From positions 21,374-85,373 of the forward strand of contig CAWCNS010000003.1 of assembly GCA_963796965.1 (NCBI GenBank): 64,000 nucleotides of DNA, given 5' to 3'. The first letter of the stretch is position 1. The number at the start of each line of letters is the position of its first letter. This document shows positions 30,573-39,728 of this stretch, piece by piece. The notes under the pieces are model-generated. The model was not told where the DNA came from, did no database searches, and saw only the letters and a list, made by a program, of their open reading frames with translations. A program made the position numbers and the translations under genes. This DNA comes from Calditrichia bacterium. Lineage in GTDB: Bacteria > Calditrichota > Calditrichia > JAJRVZ01.

Positions 30573-33500
30573 TTATTTTGAAAGTTCCGTATTTAGTGTA
30601 CGAAAATATTCCTCGATCAACTTTTCATAATCTGGATTATAGCCTTCTCGCAAAGCCCGAATTAAATCCAGTTTTAGTTGTTTTAGCCTCATATTTTCTG
30701 CGTTCTCCGAAATTCGAGGTGATTTACGCTGATAGTCTTTTCCAACTTCAGCTAACCTTTTTCTACTATAATCTTTTTCTCTTACTGACTTTTGTGCATC
30801 CAGCATGCGAGAAAGGATTTGTTGCTGTCTTTCAATTGTTCGCTTGTCTATTTTTAAACTTTGCAAATCATTCATAACTTCACCCATTTCTTTGGCCATC
30901 TGGTCTAAATCCCCAAGGACATCCGAATTGTCTTGCATACGACTACCCAATTCTTCCAAAGATTTTCGAATTGCACCTTGTTCAGCGGCCATTCGTCTCA
31001 ACTGACCTTGTTGCTGCATCGATAGTTTACCCTGATTTCCACCAAAGAAGTTCAGACTCTCCTGATTTACCTGCCCCTGTTGTTTCGACAATTGTTCCAT
31101 CTGCTCTAAATATTGTTCAAAGCCGAGAGCTGATGGTGAGCCGGAGAGCGATTCCATTGATTGCTGCATTTGCATAATGGCTTCATTTAAACCTGCCATC
31201 GATTTTTTTTGAAAATTACCAGCCGACCCCCGTCGCCTGTTCTCCAACTCTCCTAAACTTTTTCTCATATTACCGTGTGCAGAGCCAAGTGATTTGCTCA
31301 TTCCCGGAGATAGAAAGAAGGTTTCATGAGAAAGATCAATAAGGTCACGGGTAACCCGCCCCATATTTTCTATCTGGTTTTGCTGGGATTGTGCCGTCTC
31401 CGGATACTTATTACTAAAATCAGATAACTTTTTAGTTTCGTTAATTAACTCCTCTTCATTTTTCGAAAGTTGAAGTAAATTATTTGTGATCTTTTCCATC
31501 TTCGCCATTATTTTTTGGCGGTCTTTCTGCATCATATTCTGCTGGGCCCTCTGAAGTGCTTGCTTAAGTTTGTCTAACTTTTGACTTGACGCTTCTGAAT
31601 GTTCACTAGCCGCCTGTTGATTCATTTGGGACATTTCCTGAGAGGCTTCATTCATTGATTTTTGAATCTGCTCCGACATCTCAGCCACTTTAGCAAGCTC
31701 TTGTTTGGTTTCAGGATATTGATTAAATGCTTTCTCCTGAAACAAATCGCTGGCCGATTTCTCCAAATTGTTTAAAGATTCCAGTTGCGATTCTTCCCTT
31801 TTGTTGACAGAGTTCATATCATTCTCACTAAGGGACTCCTCATTTGATAAACTTTCCGTTATTTTATCCTGTTCATTTTTCATTGCCTCTGACATCTGAA
31901 CAAGACGATCGAGTTCCTGCTCAAGTCGAACCTTGTTGAATAGAGCTAGCGTTCTGTCAAGATTTTCCTTAAATCGTTCTTGATTGATTTTAAACTTTTC
32001 CAATGACTGTTGCGTGCTCTTTTGATTTAGGTTTTCTAAACTTTTTTGAATATCCTGCATGGCTTGAAGAAGTTCCGGAGAGGCAATTTCTTCAAACATT
32101 TGTTGTAAACGCTGATACTTTTCGAGAACTTCAGGACTAAATAATTCATTTTTTTCAAGTTTATTGATAGCCTTCTCCAGATTTTCCTCTATTTTTTTTA
32201 GCTTTTCCTGGATTTTCTTTTGCTTTTCTAAACTTGCTTCGAGTGATCGTTTCCTTTCCCAATCGATCTCCTTTTCGCGTTTCATTTCTCTACTGATTTC
32301 TTCAAGATCTTTTTTAAGTTCTTCACTTTCAGCAGCTAAATCCTCCGTGGTTTCAATATTTTCATCCTGTACCATATTAAATTCGTCAAACAACTGATCA
32401 AGAGATGGAAAATGGATATAATAAGTTTCAGACCGACCAATTTTAGGGCCATTTATTACATCGTTATCTGTCAAGCTTACAAAATATTTGACGGCATCAT
32501 CAAAACTTACCGGCATGACATCAAAATTCCAGAAATAGGTGTGTTGAAAATGCTTGCTCTGATAGCCGGTAATATTCATTGGGATTTGCCGCCAGGTAGA
32601 ATCTGTCGTCTCCTTAATTTTACCGAGAACCTGATAATTCAATTCCATTGTAGTAAAACCAAAATCATCATTTCCTTCGATCAGTAGATTAACAGCACCG
32701 TCAGCAGCAACTTCAATATCTTCACCTGGCTCAACAATTTCTACAACAGGAACCAGATCCTCGAGAATCGTAATATCATATTCAATTGGATTTTGATTAT
32801 CTATCTCTTCCCGATCCATTATATAAAAATAATATGACAAATCACCAGTTACTTTAAATTCAAAGGAGAATCGGTCTTCCCGGACAACCCCCTTTTTCAT
32901 TGAACTATCTGAAAAAACAATCCTCGCGTCTTGCAGAGATTTGTTTGCTCTTGCTGATATTGAAATAAATGATCCCGGATAGGCTATAATATCACCTACA
33001 TTGGATTCCAGAAATATTTCTGAGAGTTGCGTGTACTTAGGTGGTACAATTCTAATAGACAAATCAGTGATAACTGGTGGAATTCGAGTAGTAACCTTAA
33101 ATGAATGGCTGATCAGTTTATCCCGCCACTCTGCAGAGATCATCGGTACTGCCTGGATATAATAATCAATGGATTCACGAATATTATCTAACTTTAGAAT
33201 ATATTGGGAACTTTTCTTTCGCATTGTGACGGATTGAAAAGCCTTTTCGCTTGATTTTTTGTATTTGAAAATACATTTTTCAATATCCGGACCATGATAA
33301 TTCGCTTCAATTTCTAATGATTTTCCCGCAATCAATTCTTTGTTTCCAGGAATCACCTCAAACGAATAACTTGGTATTTTTGCATAATTTCCGCTTGGGT
33401 CAAAGATGCGCTTGGCCGATAGAGAAATTGAATCAGGAATTAGGAGCATTAAACTTATACTTCCAATCAGGACAGGTAAAATAAGTCTGGTTGGCAAAAG

Positions 33501-33950
33501 AAAATTTTTAAATAGTATCTTATCCGCGAATGATATATTTTTAATGGTCTCATTAAAGCGATTAATAGCATGGTCTCTTATAGCTGCAGAACTTCCCCCA
33601 GGAAGGGTGCAAATAAGTTGGTAAATATTGGTCAGTCTATCCGCAATGGAGGGATAGGAATGCCCTATAATTTTTGTAACGGCAGTAAGATCATTTTCAC
33701 CAGAAACCCTTATTAGCCTCATCAAAGTTGAGAGAATAAGGCGGTAAGAAAGATATAATGTAATGCATCCATTAAATATCAACAAAAACCAACGGACAGC
33801 GTTGGAAAAGTAAAAGACACTATCTGCAAGTACTGTACTTATCCATATGATCAGGCAAAATACAGCAAAGCTGATTATACCAGCAATCGCTCTGTAAAAG
33901 AGGTTCTTACGCTCAAATCTAACGATTTTTTCTATGATTTGATGGGGCAT
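30573..33950 (-). CDS. Large membrane-anchored coiled-coil protein (DUF4175-like)
   Basis: Three N-terminal TM helices, PPKYT, DDFGF and DND motifs, long Q/E/M-rich coiled coil, C-terminal YEKLIEEYF. Confidence 0.75.
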   Translation of the reverse strand: MPHQIIEKIVRFERKNLFYRAIAGIISFAVFCLIIWISTVLADSVFYFSNAVRWFLLIFNGCITLYLSYRLILSTLMRLIRVSGENDLTAVTKIIGHSYPSIADRLTNIYQLICTLPGGSSAAIRDHAINRFNETIKNISFADKILFKNFLLPTRLILPVLIGSISLMLLIPDSISLSAKRIFDPSGNYAKIPSYSFEVIPGNKELIAGKSLEIEANYHGPDIEKCIFKYKKSSEKAFQSVTMRKKSSQYILKLDNIRESIDYYIQAVPMISAEWRDKLISHSFKVTTRIPPVITDLSIRIVPPKYTQLSEIFLESNVGDIIAYPGSFISISARANKSLQDARIVFSDSSMKKGVVREDRFSFEFKVTGDLSYYFYIMDREEIDNQNPIEYDITILEDLVPVVEIVEPGEDIEVAADGAVNLLIEGNDDFGFTTMELNYQVLGKIKETTDSTWRQIPMNITGYQSKHFQHTYFWNFDVMPVSFDDAVKYFVSLTDNDVINGPKIGRSETYYIHFPSLDQLFDEFNMVQDENIETTEDLAAESEELKKDLEEISREMKREKEIDWERKRSLEASLEKQKKIQEKLKKIEENLEKAINKLEKNELFSPEVLEKYQRLQQMFEEIASPELLQAMQDIQKSLENLNQKSTQQSLEKFKINQERFKENLDRTLALFNKVRLEQELDRLVQMSEAMKNEQDKITESLSNEESLSENDMNSVNKREESQLESLNNLEKSASDLFQEKAFNQYPETKQELAKVAEMSEQIQKSMNEASQEMSQMNQQAASEHSEASSQKLDKLKQALQRAQQNMMQKDRQKIMAKMEKITNNLLQLSKNEEELINETKKLSDFSNKYPETAQSQQNQIENMGRVTRDLIDLSHETFFLSPGMSKSLGSAHGNMRKSLGELENRRRGSAGNFQKKSMAGLNEAIMQMQQSMESLSGSPSALGFEQYLEQMEQLSKQQGQVNQESLNFFGGNQGKLSMQQQGQLRRMAAEQGAIRKSLEELGSRMQDNSDVLGDLDQMAKEMGEVMNDLQSLKIDKRTIERQQQILSRMLDAQKSVREKDYSRKRLAEVGKDYQRKSPRISENAENMRLKQLKLDLIRALREGYNPDYEKLIEEYFRTLNTELSK

Positions 33951-34012
33951 AATTTCTTATCGTGTTTTTTCGACTTCTTCACCCATTGAGTCATTGTAGT
34001 AAGTAGTTTAGG

Positions 34013-34699
34013 TTAATAGATCAAAGAGTAAAGTAAAATATTTAAACCCATTTTTAGTGCAGCCTCTCTCTTGTCAGGAGGGTCACCATGTATTTCCGCA
34101 TCCTCACATCCATCACTTATATCTGTATTCGTAGTATAAAATACAACCAGCCGTCCCTCGTATATCAATCCATATCCCCGTGGTGGCCCTCCGTCATGTT
34201 CATGGATCTTGGGTAAACCGTTTGGAAAATCGAAATATATATTATATATGGGATGGCGGAATGGAAGTTCCACAAATTTTAATTCAGGAAAAACTTTGGC
34301 CATTTCCCGGCGGAATGATTTATCCATACCATAATCGTCATCAGCAAATAAAAACCCACCGGATACAAGGTAATTTCTCAGCCGGTTGGCCTCCTCCTCA
34401 TTAAATTTTATATTTCCATGCCCGGCAATATAGGCTGTGGGATAATTGAAGAAGTTCTCGTCCATAATTGCAGCGGTTACTTCTTTGGGAGATGTACGCA
34501 GGCCCAGCTCATCAGTCATATATTTTAGCAAGTTGGTAAAAGTCGTTTTATTGCCATACCAATCACCGCCTCCATCATACTTAATTCGCACAACAGAGAA
34601 ATCATTGATACTACTCTGTGCGCGTCCTGATTGGCCCATCAGCAGTATTAAAAGAAATAGCCCGTTTGTAATCTGCAATTTGTAATTCGCAATTCGCAT
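34013..34699 (-). CDS. DUF4159-family exported protein (start reassigned to ATG 34699)
   Basis: KYDGGGDWY, LRNYLVSGGFLFADDDYGMD, GLPKIHEHDG, ALKMGLNI. Confidence 0.85.
   Translation of the reverse strand: MRIANYKLQITNGLFLLILLMGQSGRAQSSINDFSVVRIKYDGGGDWYGNKTTFTNLLKYMTDELGLRTSPKEVTAAIMDENFFNYPTAYIAGHGNIKFNEEEANRLRNYLVSGGFLFADDDYGMDKSFRREMAKVFPELKFVELPFRHPIYNIYFDFPNGLPKIHEHDGGPPRGYGLIYEGRLVVFYTTNTDISDGCEDAEIHGDPPDKREAALKMGLNILLYSLIY
34665..34699. repeat. Degenerate heptamer tandem repeat forming the 5' end of the DUF4159 gene
   Basis: TTGTAAT-CTGCAAT-TTGTAAT-TCGCAAT-TCGCAT; on the minus strand it encodes MRIANYKLQITN. Confidence 0.6.
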
Positions 34700-34749
34700 G
34701 TTCGATAGATTTTGAGGGTTAATCTTATTGATTATTAATCGTATATAAT

Positions 34750-34787
34750 AAAAAAATCCCAAACTGTAATCAAACAATTTGGGATTT
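34750..34787 (-). terminator. Intrinsic terminator closing the 60323->34810 gene block
   Basis: AAATCCCAAAcTGT-aatcaa-ACAaTTTGGGATTT stem with adjacent A7 (U-tract on minus strand), about 22 bp after the DUF456 stop. Confidence 0.8.
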
Positions 34788-34809
34788 AAATTAGTGAAGT
34801 ATACTCAGA

Positions 34810-35310
34810 TTAAAAAATTTTATATCCAATCATTATAATCATGGTTACTGCTCCACACATCTTGATTGACAGACCACCCAGTTTACCAATAAATGCACCA
34901 ACACCAGATAATAATGAATCCTTCAAATTATATGTTTTAATAAATTCTAGAATTGTGGCTCCGGCAAAAACACCAACGATTGATCCAATAATTGCACCAA
35001 GTACCGGCGTAACAAAGGCACCGCTTATTGCCCCTCCAATGCCACCAATAATACTTCCTGTGATGCCCCACTTGGAAGCACCATATTTTCTTGCACTCAC
35101 AATAATTAAAACATATTCTAAAAACTCAACCAGTAAAAATATGGCAAATAATGTTAGAACGAAGGTAAAGGAATAATCAGTAAAATTAGTAACAAGTCCA
35201 TAAATAAAAGAATTTACAGCAATCAATAAGTTTCCCGGGATGCTGTAAAAATTGGAAAAAGTCGAAATAACAAGTATTGCGACAAAAATTATTTCAATCA
35301 AACTATTCAT
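34810..35310 (-). CDS. DUF456-family membrane protein
   Basis: IPG, ARKYGASKWG and Gly-rich GSIIGGIGGA...GAIIGSIVGVFAGA TM segments. Confidence 0.85.
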   Translation of the reverse strand: MNSLIEIIFVAILVISTFSNFYSIPGNLLIAVNSFIYGLVTNFTDYSFTFVLTLFAIFLLVEFLEYVLIIVSARKYGASKWGITGSIIGGIGGAISGAFVTPVLGAIIGSIVGVFAGATILEFIKTYNLKDSLLSGVGAFIGKLGGLSIKMCGAVTMIIMIGYKIF

Positions 35311-35321
35311 ATTATTTTATT

Positions 35322-36049
35322 CTATTTAGGACCTTGGGTAGCAAAATTATATCTTTTAGATCTACTTTTTAGATCCAGTTTATTTAATTCACTTCTGACA
35401 GAGAACCAGCCTATTTTCATAAAACCGTATTTGGCAGTATTTAATTCCTTTTTAATTTTATAGGCCCCATAAGCAGGGTACTCACGTACAATATTAGCAA
35501 CCTTTTCTTCAAATGACATCTCAGAAATAGGTTTAACCACTGGTGTAGGAATTTGTTCCCCGGCCGATTGGCTGCCGGTGCCATCGTTTCCACAGGAGCG
35601 GCTTCTTGTGGTTGTTGGGCCATTTGCTGTACTGGCTCATCTTTCGGTTGATTCAAGGTAATTTCTTTTGCTACCGGCTGTCCGGAAGACTCAAGCACCT
35701 CAAACTTATTTATTGCTTCATCAACCGAGTCATATACATCAAGGATATGATGAAATTCCAGAAGTTCAAAAATTTCGTAAACATCGGGAACCATGCGCAC
35801 CAATTTCAGATCACCGCCATTCTCCCGGATTGATTTAATTTCACTAATAAAAATACCCCAACCCGCACTGCTAATATAATCAACATTTCCTAAATCTACA
35901 ATTAGAAAAAACCGGCCTTGTTTTAAAAGTGAATCAAGAGCACGCTCTAATTCTGATGATGTCGTTGTATCAATGTATCCGCCAACTTTAATAATAGATA
36001 TTTGATTTCGACTGCCTGCTACTTCCGCTGATACCTGAATACCTTCCAT
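35322..36049 (-). CDS. RsbV-type STAS anti-anti-sigma factor fused through a P/Q/A linker to an HTH-like domain; probable frameshift around 35560-35575
   Basis: GGYID, VDLGNVDYISSAGWG (phosphoacceptor Ser), GGDLKL. The frame of ORF 35322..35540 reads upstream as EQIPTPVVKP, continuing the linker QQPQEAAPVETMAPAA, so the two ORFs are probably one gene. AGGAGG RBS. Confidence 0.8.
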
Positions 36050-36077
36050 TCAGTCCTCCTCAAGTAATTACAAAAAC

Positions 36078-39000
36078 CTATCGCCTATTTGATTTTGCCA
36101 TGTTATTCAAAATTTTCTTATTCTTAATTACATTATTCTTCGCAATTTTTTCCCTGATGGAATCCATTGACGACTGTTTACCCGGTTTACTTTTATGGAC
36201 TTGCGATTGTAATTGATGATTTTTTATACCGATTTCGTTAATTTGTTCAAGGATGGTGCGTGTATTACCTAATATATTTTCTTTTTCAATGTATTTCAAC
36301 ATATCTTTGGTATTTTGCACAATCATTTCTTGTTTTAATTCAGATGTATTCGTTTCCAGGGTTTCAAGATACCTGATAACCTGAACGAACACTTGTTCTC
36401 CACGTCCTAAGGAGCTTATGAGTGAGTTTTTAGATATGAGACCAAGAACCTTACCGATTTTAAAGAGATCCGTTTTCTTATAGCCACCATTATCCCATTC
36501 AGATACAATTGAGTTTATCTCATTAAGATCTTTGTCAATAGCATTAAAAAAGCCATTAACCTTTTCTTCTGACATTGTATCATCAGGCGCTTTAAATTCC
36601 GGCTGTGCAAATTTACCATCTACTGGTATGCTTGCCTTTGGTTTCTTTTCTTTGACTTCCCTTTCTTTCTGAACCTGCTCCAATTGAGATTTTAAAATTT
36701 CTTCAACTTTTTTCTTTTCCACTTCCAGCTGCTTGTCTGATCGATCTTTGTCTGCTTGAAGTTTTTTAAATTCTTCCTCAAAGGAGAGCGCGGATCGGTC
36801 GTCAATTTTTGATTCTTTAACCGTCGCTATCGCTTCAAGACTTTCTTCGATACTGACTTCTTCCTCAGTTTCTTCTGTTTTTGCTTCTTCTTCTAAAGAA
36901 GCCTCTGCAGGGATATCAGGAATGTCCTTAGAAATCTTCATAGCAGGTGTTTCTGGAACTGGTTCTTCCTTCTTTTTTTCGACCTCGACTATTACTTTTA
37001 CTTCTTCTGGTTTTTCATCAGCCTTTTTTTTATTATCTTCAGATTTCTCAATAACAACAGATTTATCTTTATCTGTTGTTTCTGTCTTTTCTTCCTCAAA
37101 GAGATCATCTTTTACATGTTTAACATCTTCGACAACTTCATCCGTTTTTATCGATTTATCTCCTGAAGTCGAACTCATTTGACGTTCAACCACTTTCCGC
37201 TCAGAAGGTGGTTGTGCACTAGGCATCATCGAATTCGGAACAGCTGTTCCGGTTTTATCCGCAATGACTTTTTCTGCAGATTCATAGTCCAGAATCACCT
37301 GTCCATCCAATGTAAGTAACGGCGTTCCGGGGAGTTTTATACGTTTTTTTCCACCACGTTTAATATAAGCTTCCCGTTTTTCTTTCGTATTCATTTTGGC
37401 TTTCACCAGTTCCGCATATATTCGCCCTTCTTCAAGTTTGGTAAAACTATATTTTTCTGTATTCAATTCTTTACTGAGTTTTTTGGGTCCATATTCAGGA
37501 TGATTACTGATAACATCATATAACTTTGTCTTCACTTCTATGCTAAGATGTTTCTTCTCAATATAATCCGAATCGTAAAGAAGTTCCTTTAAGCCTTCCA
37601 GACCGACAGAATCTTTAACCTTTTTATATTTACGATACATGTAGGGCGATACCTGCATTTTTTCACAGGCTTCTTTTACAGGTACCTTATCTTCGGAAAT
37701 CATTCGAAAGAGTTCTTTCTGGATCGTAAAGAGTACCTCTCCCTGCATCAATTTTTCTTTCACTGCCACAAAAGTAATATCATCATTCTGAGGATAACTT
37801 TGTGTGTGAGATTTGATATCATCTTTTATATTGTTGATAAAATCGGTGACATCATAGTGGGAATTGTTCCGGATCGCATCCAAAAAACGCTCTTCCCGAT
37901 ATAATTCCCGCTTGGGATTCATGGCTTCTGTAATTCCATCTGTATATAATACAAGCATATCGTCTTCACGCAGACGTATGGAATCCTGCTCAATTTTTCT
38001 CTCAAACAATGTAATATCCGGTAACTGGATACCTACAGGAAAACCTGATGGATTCAGAAAATAGGTTTGCTTGTTATTACCACGGTAAAGAATCATGGGG
38101 TTATGGCCGGCACTAGCATAGTGAATCACACGATTGCGGCTATCCAGAACCATATAAAACATAGTTACAAACATGCCACGCTTCATATCGTCGGTTACAA
38201 AACGGTTCACCCGGCTTAATACATCTGCAGGGTTTTTATTCCCCCTTGCCTCAAGTCTGAGAGCCGTTCGTATCATCGTCATAATCAGCGAACCAGGTAC
38301 ACCTTTTCCAGCCACATCGGCCACACAAATTCCTAAGGTATCTTCATCCACTTCAACAAAATCAAAAAGGTCTCCTCCCACTTCCTTTGCCGCTTCATAA
38401 AAGGACGCCAGGTCATAACCTTTAACCTGAGGAAAATCACTGGGTAGCAGCATCTGCTGAATCTCCTGGGCAACCTGGAGTTCTTTTTGCAATCTCTGCT
38501 GTTCGATTACACTGACCTGTGCCTCTCTAAATTTACTGGTCATTCTGTTAAATGCCTGGGCAATCTCTCCTAATTCATCAGAAGCATCAATGTCAATCTC
38601 ATCTTCATCAACTGTGCCCTGCCCAACCTGATGGACCCAATCTGCCAACGAGTGAAAGGGCGAAACGATTCGATCTATCAGATAATAAGTCCCGACGAAT
38701 AATACAACCATAAGTATCAGAGTTATCATTATGATATTGAATTTTGCACTATCAGAACGAGATTCGATATACTCTTCAGTTACCCAAAGATGTGCCTCAC
38801 CGACATGAGGGCTTTCTCCCCGCATAGCTACAAAAATATCAGACACAAAATCATATATTTCTAAAGTGTCATCAATGGAATACTTATATATACGGTAATA
38901 GTTTGCTGAATCAGCGATTGTTTCTTTTTCATCCGGATATATATATTGTCCCAATGCTTTCAGGGGTGTACTACTTGCTACTATTTTAGTTGTAGGATCG

Positions 39001-39719
39001 ACGATAAAAGATTCGTATACCAGCTCCGGATTATTTTTCTTTAAGGCTTTTGCTACACCAAACAGATCCAGATCATTATTGTCCTGCAAATGTTCCGAGC
39101 TATTATCTGCAAGGGAAAGAACCTGTGCGCGGGCATATTCAACAGTATCATCCAAGACATCCTGATCTACTTTTGAGTAGAGGAAAATAAAGATGGCAAG
39201 AGCGAAGAGAGAAATAATCGCTGAAGCCCAAACTGTATAGCGCGTTCGAAGAGAGAATCCTTCCCAAACACCACGCATGGAGGAAAGGTTAATTTCTTCC
39301 CTCTGTTTGGTCAGACGCAATTCATTTCCGCGGCTGGTGATGTTATATTGTACATCATCCATCAATTTCCGCATCATAAAAATGCCTAAACCACCCTTTT
39401 TACCAATCTGTATATACTTTTCCAGATCTGGTGTTTGGGCCTGCCGGGGATCATAACTAATACCCTGATCAATAATGACAATTGTCAGACTTTGCTGCCT
39501 GATAATTGCCTTAATCGATACTTCTCCGCCTTTTATATCACGGTAACCATGGCGGATAATATTGGTACAGGCTTCTTCAATAACCAATTTATAAGAATTG
39601 ATGATCTTATCGGGATACTTGTATTTAGATCCGATATGTTCAATAAAATCACGTACCTGCCCCATATAACTCATTTGGGCGGGTATGGTAATTTCTTCTT
39701 TTTTAACGTTTCTGAACAT
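36078..39719 (-). CDS. Membrane-bound bifunctional partner-switching regulator: RsbW-type Ser kinase - TM - periplasmic domain - TM - HAMP - PP2C/SpoIIE phosphatase - tandem HTH-like region - acidic linker - helical domain
   Basis: Kinase EEACTNIIRHGY, DQGISYDP, GGLGIFMMRKLMD; two TM helices; HAMP DELGEIAQAFNRM; PP2C EVGGDLFD, ADVAGKG, SAGHNP, YTDGITEA, DDIT. Confidence 0.9.
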   Translation of the reverse strand: MFRNVKKEEITIPAQMSYMGQVRDFIEHIGSKYKYPDKIINSYKLVIEEACTNIIRHGYRDIKGGEVSIKAIIRQQSLTIVIIDQGISYDPRQAQTPDLEKYIQIGKKGGLGIFMMRKLMDDVQYNITSRGNELRLTKQREEINLSSMRGVWEGFSLRTRYTVWASAIISLFALAIFIFLYSKVDQDVLDDTVEYARAQVLSLADNSSEHLQDNNDLDLFGVAKALKKNNPELVYESFIVDPTTKIVASSTPLKALGQYIYPDEKETIADSANYYRIYKYSIDDTLEIYDFVSDIFVAMRGESPHVGEAHLWVTEEYIESRSDSAKFNIIMITLILMVVLFVGTYYLIDRIVSPFHSLADWVHQVGQGTVDEDEIDIDASDELGEIAQAFNRMTSKFREAQVSVIEQQRLQKELQVAQEIQQMLLPSDFPQVKGYDLASFYEAAKEVGGDLFDFVEVDEDTLGICVADVAGKGVPGSLIMTMIRTALRLEARGNKNPADVLSRVNRFVTDDMKRGMFVTMFYMVLDSRNRVIHYASAGHNPMILYRGNNKQTYFLNPSGFPVGIQLPDITLFERKIEQDSIRLREDDMLVLYTDGITEAMNPKRELYREERFLDAIRNNSHYDVTDFINNIKDDIKSHTQSYPQNDDITFVAVKEKLMQGEVLFTIQKELFRMISEDKVPVKEACEKMQVSPYMYRKYKKVKDSVGLEGLKELLYDSDYIEKKHLSIEVKTKLYDVISNHPEYGPKKLSKELNTEKYSFTKLEEGRIYAELVKAKMNTKEKREAYIKRGGKKRIKLPGTPLLTLDGQVILDYESAEKVIADKTGTAVPNSMMPSAQPPSERKVVERQMSSTSGDKSIKTDEVVEDVKHVKDDLFEEEKTETTDKDKSVVIEKSEDNKKKADEKPEEVKVIVEVEKKKEEPVPETPAMKISKDIPDIPAEASLEEEAKTEETEEEVSIEESLEAIATVKESKIDDRSALSFEEEFKKLQADKDRSDKQLEVEKKKVEEILKSQLEQVQKEREVKEKKPKASIPVDGKFAQPEFKAPDDTMSEEKVNGFFNAIDKDLNEINSIVSEWDNGGYKKTDLFKIGKVLGLISKNSLISSLGRGEQVFVQVIRYLETLETNTSELKQEMIVQNTKDMLKYIEKENILGNTRTILEQINEIGIKNHQLQSQVHKSKPGKQSSMDSIREKIAKNNVIKNKKILNNMAKSNRR

Positions 39720-39728
39720 ATATCAACC

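Noticed and set aside
37360..37725. Inserted IS481 element
   Set aside because: Only HTH-like segments are present; no DDE domain, inverted repeats or frame disruption, so it is treated as a domesticated domain.
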